From positions 1 to 40,366 of the forward strand of contig JBFGJG010000037.1 of NCBI GenBank assembly GCA_041577295.1: a stretch of DNA of 40,366 nt. Reading direction: 5' to 3'. Shown here piece by piece: positions 20,060 through 29,117 of this stretch (the stretch's first letter is position 1; every line of letters begins with the position of its first letter). Both the position numbers and the translations under genes were made by a program. Under the pieces are notes generated by a model. It was not told the DNA's origin. It did no database searches and was given only the letters and a program-made list of their open reading frames with translations. The stretch comes from Gemmatimonadales bacterium. GTDB lineage: Bacteria > Gemmatimonadota > Gemmatimonadetes > Gemmatimonadales > GWC2-71-9.

Positions 20060-20898
20060 CCGCCGTGCTGGGCGCACATGTCTCCATCGCCGGAGGCGTC
20101 TGGCGGGCGCCCGAACGGGCCGCGGCCATAGGTGCCGAGGCGATGCAGATCTTTACTAAGACCCCCAGCCAGTGGCGCGAACCCACCATCGATATGCAGG
20201 GAGCGCGACGATTCCGCGCCGCGTGTCGGCGCCATGACATCGGCGCCGTGGTGGCCCACGACTCGTATCTCATCAACTTGGCCTCCCCCAACCCCACTCT
20301 GCGGCGCCGCTCCATTAGGTGCTTTACCGGTGAACTCCGGCGGTGTCGCAGACTCGGTGTTCGGTTCGTGGTGACCCACCCGGGCAACCACCTGAGCGAG
20401 CAAAACGCTGGCATTGCCCGAAACGCGCGAGCCTACGCCGCATGCCTCCGCGCGGTGCCAGGACCGATGATCCTCATCGAGACCACAGCCGGAAGTGGCA
20501 CGGCACTCGGATCGACGTTCGAGGAGCTCGCCGACCTAAGGAGAGCGATCCCCGCTCCTTTCAAGCGGCGCGTCGGATTCTGTGCCGACACCTGTCATCT
20601 CTACGCCGCGGGTTACGATCTGGTAGGTGATTGGGATGCCGTGTGGCGCCATTGGGACCGAACGATCGGCCTCCGCCACTTACGATGCTTTCATTTGAAC
20701 GACTCAAAAACACCGATGGGGTCACGCAGAGACCGACACGAGCTCATTGGAGAGGGGACACTGGGAGCCACCCCGTTTCGACGAATCATGCAAGACAAAC
20801 GCTTTCGGGATATCATCAAGATCATCGAAACCCCCAAAGGTGATGATCCGGAGCGAACCGATCGAAAGATGCTAAACCGACTGCGGAGATGGGGATGA
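20056..20898 (+). CDS. nfo: Endonuclease IV
   Basis: LGAHVSIAGG, HDSYLINL, HPG, IETTAG, DTCH, HLNDSK, DRHE Zn ligands. Confidence 0.95.
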   Translation: MTAVLGAHVSIAGGVWRAPERAAAIGAEAMQIFTKTPSQWREPTIDMQGARRFRAACRRHDIGAVVAHDSYLINLASPNPTLRRRSIRCFTGELRRCRRLGVRFVVTHPGNHLSEQNAGIARNARAYAACLRAVPGPMILIETTAGSGTALGSTFEELADLRRAIPAPFKRRVGFCADTCHLYAAGYDLVGDWDAVWRHWDRTIGLRHLRCFHLNDSKTPMGSRRDRHELIGEGTLGATPFRRIMQDKRFRDIIKIIETPKGDDPERTDRKMLNRLRRWG

Positions 20899-21053
20899 GA
20901 ATGCGAGGCTGGAAGGGTGGAAGGTTAGCAGGGAACGCACGGGAACTTCAAGAAGGATTGGTTGGGGGACCGGGAGGACCAGAGAGGCGTGTAGCGGGTA
21001 TGTAGTGACGCGGCCGGGGAGAATTGGCGAACGCACAGAAATTGGGCGAGAGA

Positions 21054-22253
21054 ATGACCATTCAGAAATTTGCGCGAGTGAGCTCCTTGCTATTGACGCT
21101 CAGTGCCCTGGGATCGACTGCGGCCGGGGCGCAGGGTACGCCACCACGCGTAATCCTGTTTATCGCGGATGGCGCCGGGATCAGTTACTGGACGGCAGCG
21201 CTGTTCGCCGCGGAGAGTCTCGCCGTGCAGGCCATGCCCGTCGTCGGGTTGGTTGACACGCGAGCGTCTGACAGTAAGGTGACCGACAGTGCCGCGAGTG
21301 CCACGGCGTATGCGGCGGGCATCCGCACCTACAACGGGGCAATCGGTGTGGCGCCGGACTCGTCGGCGGTCGAGACGGTGTTGGAGATGGCACAAGATCG
21401 CGGCATGGCGACCGGTTTGGTTGCCACCTCCCGAATCACCCACGCCACCCCCGCCTCGTTCGCCGCCCATGTCCCGAACCGGCTCATGGAATGGGAGATT
21501 GGCCGCCAGATCCTCGATCATGAGGTGACCGTGGTGATGGGGGGCGGCGCGGGTATCTACGATCCCTCACACCGTCCGGATTCACTCGACCTTCGTCTTC
21601 AGATCCTCGGTCGCTACACCTACATCGAAACACCCGAGGAGCTGGAGGCCCTGGATCTCGATAAGGTGGAGCGCCTCTTCGGGATGTTCGCTGTGAGCCA
21701 CATGCCGGGTGCGATCCGACCGGAGGTGACGCTCCGAGACACCACCGTGCAAATCTTCCGAGATTCGGCCAGCATCGATACCACGATCACCGTGCCAGAC
21801 ACGACGTGGGTGCCGTATCGGTCCCCCACGCTGCCTCAGATGACCGCAGCGGCGCTCCGCGTGCTGGACAAGGACCCGGACGGTTTCTTCTTGATGGTGG
21901 AAGGCTCCCAACCCGATTGGCGGGGGCACGGCAATGAGCCCCTGGCGTCGATCCAAGCTGAAATGCTGGATTTCGACGCCGCCATCGGGGTCGCGCTGGC
22001 ATACCACAAGCGTCGCCCCGAAACGCTCATCGTGGTTCTCTCGGACCACGAGACCGGTGGGCTCGCATTACAGTACGATAGTACCGGCACGTTTCGGGAG
22101 GGTTTCACGACGATCATGCACACCGCAGAGATGATTCCTCTCTTTGCGGTCGGCCCTGGCGCAGAGCGGTTTGCTGGTTTTATTCCCAACTACCGTGTAG
22201 GTCAATTGCTGATCGAGACAGTTCAAAGTGGGCAGGTGAGTCGTCGCCGGTAG
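21054..22253 (+). CDS. Alkaline phosphatase (PhoA family)
   Basis: Signal peptide, ILFIADGAG, VTDSAASATA (catalytic Ser), THATPA, FFLMVEG, DWRGH, SDHETGG. Confidence 0.9.
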   Translation: MTIQKFARVSSLLLTLSALGSTAAGAQGTPPRVILFIADGAGISYWTAALFAAESLAVQAMPVVGLVDTRASDSKVTDSAASATAYAAGIRTYNGAIGVAPDSSAVETVLEMAQDRGMATGLVATSRITHATPASFAAHVPNRLMEWEIGRQILDHEVTVVMGGGAGIYDPSHRPDSLDLRLQILGRYTYIETPEELEALDLDKVERLFGMFAVSHMPGAIRPEVTLRDTTVQIFRDSASIDTTITVPDTTWVPYRSPTLPQMTAAALRVLDKDPDGFFLMVEGSQPDWRGHGNEPLASIQAEMLDFDAAIGVALAYHKRRPETLIVVLSDHETGGLALQYDSTGTFREGFTTIMHTAEMIPLFAVGPGAERFAGFIPNYRVGQLLIETVQSGQVSRRR

Positions 22254-22286
22254 CGGCCGGTCGTTCATGAAGTTGAAAGTCTGATC

Positions 22287-22628
22287 ATGCGCCTGCGAGA
22301 ATCACATCGCCGTTGGTCCCGACCGGGCAAGGCCTTGTTGCTCGCGACAATGCTTGGCTGGGTGCTGGCACCCGTTCTCCACGCCCAGTTCGAGGTGATC
22401 AGCACCGCGAGTGCGGTCGAGTCGGGGCACACCGATGAATGTGTCCGAGTCCACGCTGACGCGATCTGCTTATCCGGAAGCACCTTCCACTTCCTGGCAC
22501 TACCAGCGGCCCCCAAGCATACCCTCGCACTCCCTCATCTCAGCTCACTTCGGTACCACGAGACCGACCACATCGCCGGTTCGGCGGCGCGACGTCCACC
22601 ATCGGTGAGAGCTCCCCCAACCTCCTAA
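22287..22628 (+). CDS. His/Cys-rich membrane-targeted leader protein ending in RAPP (DUF2946/CruR-like putative arrest peptide)
   Basis: 113 aa: basic N-terminus, hydrophobic segment ALLLATMLGWVLAPVLHA, H48-x3-C52-x3-H56-x4-C61, C-terminal SVRAPPTS-stop. Directly upstream of a metal-uptake operon. Confidence 0.72.
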   Translation: MRLRESHRRWSRPGKALLLATMLGWVLAPVLHAQFEVISTASAVESGHTDECVRVHADAICLSGSTFHFLALPAAPKHTLALPHLSSLRYHETDHIAGSAARRPPSVRAPPTS

Positions 22629-22698
22629 ACGCCAGGTCGTTGAGCTTGGGGTCGCAATCGGCCCCCTGGTGTTGCGTCGTGGAACGAATCATGGAGGT
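22620..22698 (+). promoter_or_regulatory. Putative RBS-sequestering mRNA structure
   Basis: ACCTCC (22620-22625) is complementary to the SD GGAGGT (22693-22698). Nested stems: aacgccagg/cctggtgtt and ggggtcg/cggcccc. Confidence 0.6.
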
Positions 22699-22706
22699 CG
22701 TGTGGA

Positions 22707-24005
22707 ATGATCGGCAGCAGAATCGTATGGACGGCATTTGCGAGCCTTGCACTGGCAACTCCGGTTGCTGCGCAAGAGTCGGAACGGTCGCGAGCTGACT
22801 CACTAGCGAGGGAGGTGCGGCTTCTCAAAGCGCGCGTGGATTCGCTAGAGCAGATGCTGCGGCAACTGATGCAGCGAGGTGCCGATACCACCCAGGTCGC
22901 GGATGAGCTCGAGGCGTTGCGCGAGGCTGCGCGTGACGCGGCCGGAGAGGCGGCGCAAGCGTCGCCCGACACGGCGGCTCAGCAGCAGAGTCGGACGCGC
23001 AACCTGTCCGTCCTCAATCCAGAGATCAGCGTCACCGGCGACATCGTCGGCAACTACATCGCGCCGGCCGACGGCGACAATGGATTCAGCGGGACACCGC
23101 GCGAGTTTGAGTTTTCATTTCAGGCGGCGCTCGATCCCTACACCAGAGCCAAGGTGTTCATAGCGAGGGAAGAAGATTTCGAGATTGCGGGTTTTCCGGA
23201 GGAGGAGGGCGAGGAGGAAGGCGGCGGATTTGAAATCGAGGAAGGGTACATGTACTGGGTCGGGCTGCCGGGTGGGTTGGGACTCAAGATCGGCAAGTTC
23301 AGGCAAGAGATCGGACTCTACAATCGCTGGCACACCCATGCGCTGCTCGAGGTGGAGCGGCCGCTAGCGACGATCGCCTTTCTCGGTGAGGATGGCCTCA
23401 TCCAGACAGGTGGTGCCGTCACACTTCCGTCGCTCACGGTGGGCGCAGGCACCCAGACGCTGCTCTTTGAGGTCACCCGAGGCAACAACGACGCATTGTT
23501 CGACGGCGGGAATCAGATCAGCTACCTGGGCCGTTTCCAGAGTTTCTGGGACCTGGGATCGAGCTTTCTCCAGATTGGCGCCACTGGTGTCTACGGACAA
23601 AACGACGAGGCCTCCTTGGACACGCGGATGGCCGGGATCGACGTGTTCTACCGGTTCACCCCGCCGGGCCAGTCTAGGTACCGGGATCTCCAATTGAAGG
23701 GTGAGTGGTATTTCGTGGAGAAGGATTTCGGTGCGATCGAGGAAACGGGCTCCGGGGGATACTTCCAGGCGAACTTCCGCGCGAGTCAGCGCTGGACTCT
23801 AGGTACACGCGTCGATGTACTCGATCCGTTTGGCGCCGAGCCCGAGATCGTCCAAATCGCTCCGAGTATCACTTGGTGGCAGAGTGAGTGGGTACGACTA
23901 CGGCTTCAGTACAACTATCTGAAGCCCCAGGGTCTGTCGGGCAATCACACGATTCTGTTCCAGACCGTCTGGGCCTTTGGCCCGCACAAACACGAAACGT
24001 ATTGA
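22707..24005 (+). CDS. Outer-membrane beta-barrel protein of a metal-uptake locus
   Basis: Signal peptide, short coiled coil, LNPEISVTGD, REFEFSFQAALDPY, NRWHTH, amphipathic beta strands, His-containing C-terminus FGPHKHETY. Confidence 0.72.
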   Translation: MIGSRIVWTAFASLALATPVAAQESERSRADSLAREVRLLKARVDSLEQMLRQLMQRGADTTQVADELEALREAARDAAGEAAQASPDTAAQQQSRTRNLSVLNPEISVTGDIVGNYIAPADGDNGFSGTPREFEFSFQAALDPYTRAKVFIAREEDFEIAGFPEEEGEEEGGGFEIEEGYMYWVGLPGGLGLKIGKFRQEIGLYNRWHTHALLEVERPLATIAFLGEDGLIQTGGAVTLPSLTVGAGTQTLLFEVTRGNNDALFDGGNQISYLGRFQSFWDLGSSFLQIGATGVYGQNDEASLDTRMAGIDVFYRFTPPGQSRYRDLQLKGEWYFVEKDFGAIEETGSGGYFQANFRASQRWTLGTRVDVLDPFGAEPEIVQIAPSITWWQSEWVRLRLQYNYLKPQGLSGNHTILFQTVWAFGPHKHETY

Positions 24006-24012
24006 GGTTGGA

Positions 24013-25086
24013 ATGAATTGCATTTGGCGAACCTCTGCCCTGCTCGCTCTGGCCGCGTTGTTAGCGACGCTGCCACACCGTGTGGAGGCACAATCCAGGG
24101 TGCGAGTAGTGACAACGCTCCCGACCTACGCCGCCATAGCCCGTGAGGTGGCCGGCGACCTCGCGAGCGTCGAGGCAATTGCCCGCGGAGATGAGGATCC
24201 TCACTTCGTAAACCCACGACCCAGCTTTGCCGCGCTAATCCAGCGAGCGGACCTCTTCGTGACGACGGGGCTCGACCTCGAGCTGTGGGTGCCCGCGCTG
24301 ATGGATCGGGCGAACAACCCCAAGGTGATCGAGGGAGCACCGGGTCACGTGGTGGCGTACTCCGGCGTGAAGCTGCTCGACATCCCGGAGACCGTGTCAC
24401 GAGCCGGCGGGGACATCCACGTGTTCGGGAACCCGCACATTCACACCGACCCGGTGAATGGCATCATCATCGCACGCAACATCGTGGCCGGCCTCAAACG
24501 GGTGAACGCCGCCAACGCGCGAACATACGACGCCAACTTACAGCGATTCCAAGACCGCGTCCTGCGACGCACGTTCGGCGACCAATTGGTAGACATGCTG
24601 GGCAAGGACGCGCTATTCGACATCGCTCGCAGCTACCGCTTCTGGGATTTTGCCGCCACCCAGCAGTTTCAAGGCAAGCCGTTGACCGACTATCTCGGAG
24701 GCTGGCTCGCGGAGGGTGCTGCGTTCCGAGGGCGCCGATTGGTCTGCTACCACAAGAACTGGGCGTACTTCAGTGCCCGATTCAAAACGGAATGCGCCAT
24801 GTATGTGGAACCCAAACCCGGGATCCCGCCGTCACCCGGTCACGTCCGCAACGTCATCGACTTCATACGCAGGGAAAACATTCCCATCTTGTTGGCGGCG
24901 AACTACTTCAGCCGGACGCAGGTGGAGCGCGTTGCCTCGCGCGCCGGGGTGCGACCCGTCATCATCCCAGAACACGTCGATGGTGAGGAAGGTGTGAGCG
25001 ACTACTTCAGCCTCGTGGATCTTTGGGTCACACGACTCGCGAGTGGGTTCCAAGCGTTGTCGACCGAGTCGAGGGCACAGCGGTGA
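24013..25086 (+). CDS. Metal ABC transporter substrate-binding protein (ZnuA/MntC/TroA cluster)
   Basis: Signal peptide; VVTTLP, DPHF, GLDLELW, GNPHIH, YHKNWAYF, EPKPGIPPSPGH. Confidence 0.9.
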   Translation: MNCIWRTSALLALAALLATLPHRVEAQSRVRVVTTLPTYAAIAREVAGDLASVEAIARGDEDPHFVNPRPSFAALIQRADLFVTTGLDLELWVPALMDRANNPKVIEGAPGHVVAYSGVKLLDIPETVSRAGGDIHVFGNPHIHTDPVNGIIIARNIVAGLKRVNAANARTYDANLQRFQDRVLRRTFGDQLVDMLGKDALFDIARSYRFWDFAATQQFQGKPLTDYLGGWLAEGAAFRGRRLVCYHKNWAYFSARFKTECAMYVEPKPGIPPSPGHVRNVIDFIRRENIPILLAANYFSRTQVERVASRAGVRPVIIPEHVDGEEGVSDYFSLVDLWVTRLASGFQALSTESRAQR

Positions 25087-25125
25087 CCGCGGCATGACGG
25101 GATTCTCGCCCACCGGAGGCGATTC

Positions 25126-25980
25126 GTGCTCGAGTTGATGCTGCCCGCCCTCGTGGCCGCCCTGATCCTGGTTGGGATCCACGGGTATCTCGGGGTGCAC
25201 ATCATCGCCCGCGGCGTCATCTTCGTCGACCTCGCACTCGCCCAAGTGGCGGCAATGGGTTGGGCCGCTGCTGGCCTGGGCCTCGCCGAACGGGTGCACG
25301 CCCTTACCGGTCTGCCTGCAGCCCAAGCCGGGTATTTCATCGGGCTCGGCGCAACGCTGCTCGCAGCCGCATTGCTAAGCTTCACGCGAATGGACCACGA
25401 GCACGTTCCCCAGGAAGCGATCATCGGCATCGTCTATGTGGTCGCCTCCGCCCTGACCATCCTGCTCGCGGCGCAGGCGCCGCGCGGATCGGAGCACGTC
25501 GAACAGCTGCTCACTGGGAGCCTCCTGTGGGTCACGTGGCCGCAGATCTGGAAGACCGCGATCATCTATGGGGTCATCGGGATCGTCCACTGGTTCCTCC
25601 GCGACCGGTTCCTCAGCATTTCGCTCGAGCCCGACAAAGCAAAAACCAAAGGGTGGAAGATCGGGTGGTGGGACTTCCTGTTCTACGGTCTCTTCGGGGT
25701 CGTCGTAACGTCCTCGGTAGAAATCGCCGGCGTTCTCCAAGTTTTTTCGTTCCTGGTCATCCCGGCCGTCATCGCGTTCCTGTTCACGTCCCGCCCCGGT
25801 TTGCTCATCGCGCTCGCCTGGCTGTGCGGCTCCCTCGCAACCGTGCTAGGTCTCTACGCCTCGTTCGTGACCGATCTCCCTACCGGCCCCATGGTCGTCG
25901 TCGCGTTCGCCTTTGCGCTCATCGTCGCATTCATCGTTCGAGCTTTCGTCCGCCCAAAGCCCACACCCGAAGCCGCGTAG
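25126..25980 (+). CDS. Metal ABC transporter permease (ZnuB/MntB-like)
   Basis: Multi-TM; RGVIFVDLALAQ, EAIIGIVY, LTGSLLWV, VFSFLVIPA, DLPTGP; GGAGG RBS before the GTG start. Confidence 0.88.
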   Translation: MLELMLPALVAALILVGIHGYLGVHIIARGVIFVDLALAQVAAMGWAAAGLGLAERVHALTGLPAAQAGYFIGLGATLLAAALLSFTRMDHEHVPQEAIIGIVYVVASALTILLAAQAPRGSEHVEQLLTGSLLWVTWPQIWKTAIIYGVIGIVHWFLRDRFLSISLEPDKAKTKGWKIGWWDFLFYGLFGVVVTSSVEIAGVLQVFSFLVIPAVIAFLFTSRPGLLIALAWLCGSLATVLGLYASFVTDLPTGPMVVVAFAFALIVAFIVRAFVRPKPTPEAA

Positions 25981-26050
25981 GTCTCCCCGAACTCTCCAGG
26001 TGACATAACTTGGAACCTGGCAACGACCGTTTAGGAGAGCCCGATCGATC

Positions 26051-26761
26051 GTGAGCAGACTGGTGACCGAACGAGACGTCCGCGCCGTGGCCGGTTCGAG
26101 TCGATTGATCCTCCCCGACCGTGCGATCGTGACCCCAGCGGCCCGTGACCTCGCACGCCAGCTCGGGGTGGTACTCCAGCCACCCGACTCCACCCAAACC
26201 GGGGGGAGTGGGGTGCAGGGAGCTGAGAGTGCGCGGAGCAACCCAGCGGCACCGCCAACTCCCCACGTTCCACTCCCAATACCAAGGGGGGGCGACGGGG
26301 AGGGGGCGCGAGGGAGGGTCGTTGCCGTGGGGTCAGACCACGGCGGGTTTCCGCTCAAGGAACATCTGAAGACGGTCATCCCGCGGTTGGGATGGGAGGT
26401 CAGAGACGTGGGCTGCGAAAGCGCCGAGTCCGTGGATTATCCGGTCTACGCAGCTCGCGTCGCTGACGCGGTAGCCTATGGAGACGCGGCCTTTGGCATC
26501 ATGGTGGACGGAGCCGGAATCGGCAGCGCCATGGTCGCCAACAAGATCCCTGGGGCTCGTGCGGCGTTGTGCTACGACCTGACCACCGCCCAAAACGCCC
26601 GGGAACACAACAACGCCAACATCTTAACCCTCGGTGGCACCCTGATTGGGACGCGGCTGGCGTCCGAGATCGTTCGGGTCTTTCTCGCGACCCCGTTTGG
26701 GGGAGGACGCCACCAGCGGCGCGTGGCGATGATCGATGCGTTGGATGAGCCCCGTTCTTGA
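26051..26761 (+). CDS. rpiB: Ribose-5-phosphate isomerase B family protein with N-terminal extension
   Basis: GSDHGG, VDYP, DGAGIGSAMVANK, AREHNNAN, FGGGRHQRR. About 85 extra N-terminal residues. The usual CGTG is DGAG here, so the substrate is uncertain. Confidence 0.8.
   Translation: MSRLVTERDVRAVAGSSRLILPDRAIVTPAARDLARQLGVVLQPPDSTQTGGSGVQGAESARSNPAAPPTPHVPLPIPRGGDGEGARGRVVAVGSDHGGFPLKEHLKTVIPRLGWEVRDVGCESAESVDYPVYAARVADAVAYGDAAFGIMVDGAGIGSAMVANKIPGARAALCYDLTTAQNAREHNNANILTLGGTLIGTRLASEIVRVFLATPFGGGRHQRRVAMIDALDEPRS
26204..26279. repeat. Inverted heptamer repeats inside the rpiB linker
   Basis: gggagtg-gggtgca-gggagct-gagagtg ... ctcccca-cgttcca-ctcccaa; same family as the intergenic heptamers. 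Confidence 0.45.
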
Positions 26762-26816
26762 CACCCTCGCCACCGGAACGCTACCATAAGCCATTATCTT
26801 ACAGGAACTTAGATAA

Positions 26817-29090
26817 ATGCCCGTCCGTCGTCAGGAGGCACTCGACTATCATGCCGAGGGCCGGCCCGGCAAGATCCAGGTCACTCCGTCGAAGGCGTTC
26901 AAGGACCAGCGCGACCTTTCGCTGGCGTATACCCCTGGCGTCGCCGAGCCGTGTCGCGAAATCGCTCACAATCCGGAAGACGCCTATCGCTATACGACGA
27001 AGGGCAACCTCGTCGCCGTGGTGTCGAACGGGACGGCGGTGCTGGGACTGGGAGACATCGGAGCGCTCGCAAGCAAGCCGGTGATGGAGGGCAAGGGCAT
27101 CCTCTTCAAGCACTTCGCCGACATCGACGTGTTTGATCTCGAGGTGGCCTCTCAAGATCCGGAGGAAGTGATTCGGTTCTGTGAGCTGCTCGAGCCCACT
27201 GTCGGCGGAATCAACCTCGAGGACATCCGTGCGCCGGACTGTTTTCTGATCGAGCAACGCCTCCGCCAATCGCTCTCGATCCCCGTATTTCACGACGACC
27301 AGCACGGCACTGCCATCATCACTGGCGCGGCATTGATCAACGCACTCGAGCTCGTTGATAAAGCGATTGGTGACGTGCGCGTCGTGTTTGCCGGTGCGGG
27401 AGCGGCGGCCGTCGCCACGGCGGAGCACTACATCCGGCTGGGGGTGCACCCCGATCACATCTTCATGTTCGACAAAGATGGCGTGTTGCACGACCGGCGA
27501 GCGGATCTCGACGGGTATCGTCAGCGGTTCTTGCGCCCAACGAGCGCACGGAGCTTGGCAGAGCTGCTCGAGGGCGCCGACGTGTTCGTCGGCTTATCGG
27601 TAGGTGACCTCGTCGACCGGGAGATGGTACGGGGGATGGCGAACCGGCCCATCATCTTCGCGTTAGCGAACCCCACCCCGGAGATCCTCCCGTCGGAGGT
27701 TCATACGGCACGTGACGACGCGATCGTCGCTACCGGTCGGTCGGACTTCCCGAATCAAGTCAACAACGTACTCGGCTTCCCCTTCATCTTTCGCGGTGCG
27801 CTCGATGTCAGGGCGCGTGCGATCAACGAGGAAATGAAGATGGCGGCTACGCACGCGTTGGCGTCGTTGGCCAAGGAGGACGTACCGGATGCCGTGATGC
27901 GAGCGTACGGGCTCGACCGGCTCCGCTTCGGTAATGACTATCTCATTCCCAAACCGTTTGACCCTCGGGTGTTGATTTGGGTCGCAACGGCCGTCGCGGA
28001 GGCGGCGATGCAAAGTGGTGTGGCGGCAACCACGTTCGATATCGAGCAGTACCGGATTGTGCTCGAAGGGCGTCTCGGGCGCGCGCGTGCCATCATGCGT
28101 AGCCTGTCGATACGCGCCGAGGCAGATCCTCGACGGATCGTATTTCCCGAGGGCGATGAATCAAAGATCATCCGTGCGGCGCGGATTCTCGTGGACGAGG
28201 CCATCGCGCAACCGGTATTACTCGGTGAGCTGGATGAAATCCACCGCACTGCCGCCGATGCCGGAATGGAACTCGATGGGATCGAGTTGCTCGATCCACA
28301 TCGTGCACCCGGCCTCGAGGCCTATGCCCGTCGATTCTGGGAGCGCAGGCGACGGAAAGGTGTGACGCTCGCGGAGGCTCGAGCGCGGATGCGTGAGCCC
28401 ATCTACTATGCCTGCGGGATGCTGGCGGCGGGGCACGTCGACGCCTTGGTAGGCGGAGAAAACCGGTACTATCCGGATACCATTCGGCCTGCCATCGAGA
28501 CGATTGGGCTCTCCGAAGCGCGTACAGCGTTGTGTGGGATCTACATGATGATTCTACCCAACGAGACCTACTTCTTCGCCGACTGCACCGTGAACATCGA
28601 TCCGAGCGCCGAGCGCCTCGCGGAGATCACCTCCGCAACGGCCCACTTCGTGAGGCACTTTGGCCTCGAGCCACGGGTAGCTCTGCTGTCGTTTTCCAAC
28701 TTTGGCTCATCACGGCACCCGCATTCGGACAAAGTTGCGGCGGCGGTGCGCATCCTGCATGACAGCGAGCCGGAGTTGATCGTCGACGGAGAGATGCAAG
28801 CGGATACGGCGGTGAACGAGGCGATTCTCAAGGAGCGTTATGCCTTTTCCCGCCTGCGGACGGCGGCGAATGTATTAGTTTTCCCCGATCTCAACGCTGC
28901 GAACGTAACCTACAAACTCCTGATGCGGCTGGGCGGGGCACAGGCCATCGGACCGATTTTGGTGGGGATGGCACAGCCAGTGCATGTTCTCCAGCGCGGT
29001 TCCGACGTCAGCGACATCGTGAACATGGCGATCATTGCGACCGTGGACGCCCAGGAGCGGTCCCGGCGCCAACACGCCGCGTCACGCTGA
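26817..29090 (+). CDS. maeB: NADP-dependent malic enzyme with phosphotransacetylase-like domain
   Basis: [51 protein letters not shown], plus a C-terminal PTA domain (DGEMQAD). Confidence 0.96.
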   Translation: MPVRRQEALDYHAEGRPGKIQVTPSKAFKDQRDLSLAYTPGVAEPCREIAHNPEDAYRYTTKGNLVAVVSNGTAVLGLGDIGALASKPVMEGKGILFKHFADIDVFDLEVASQDPEEVIRFCELLEPTVGGINLEDIRAPDCFLIEQRLRQSLSIPVFHDDQHGTAIITGAALINALELVDKAIGDVRVVFAGAGAAAVATAEHYIRLGVHPDHIFMFDKDGVLHDRRADLDGYRQRFLRPTSARSLAELLEGADVFVGLSVGDLVDREMVRGMANRPIIFALANPTPEILPSEVHTARDDAIVATGRSDFPNQVNNVLGFPFIFRGALDVRARAINEEMKMAATHALASLAKEDVPDAVMRAYGLDRLRFGNDYLIPKPFDPRVLIWVATAVAEAAMQSGVAATTFDIEQYRIVLEGRLGRARAIMRSLSIRAEADPRRIVFPEGDESKIIRAARILVDEAIAQPVLLGELDEIHRTAADAGMELDGIELLDPHRAPGLEAYARRFWERRRRKGVTLAEARARMREPIYYACGMLAAGHVDALVGGENRYYPDTIRPAIETIGLSEARTALCGIYMMILPNETYFFADCTVNIDPSAERLAEITSATAHFVRHFGLEPRVALLSFSNFGSSRHPHSDKVAAAVRILHDSEPELIVDGEMQADTAVNEAILKERYAFSRLRTAANVLVFPDLNAANVTYKLLMRLGGAQAIGPILVGMAQPVHVLQRGSDVSDIVNMAIIATVDAQERSRRQHAASR

Positions 29091-29117
29091 TCGCGTTTTA
29101 AACGGTACGAGAGGCAC

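Noticed and set aside
20899..21023. Purine-rich short duplications between nfo and the phosphatase as a CRISPR or regulatory array
   Set aside because: Only 2-copy, 8-10 bp degenerate repeats, with no repeat-spacer periodicity and no cas genes.
22254..22286. Zur/Fur box upstream of the metal-uptake leader
   Set aside because: Only a short TTCATGAA palindrome, with no convincing match to known boxes.
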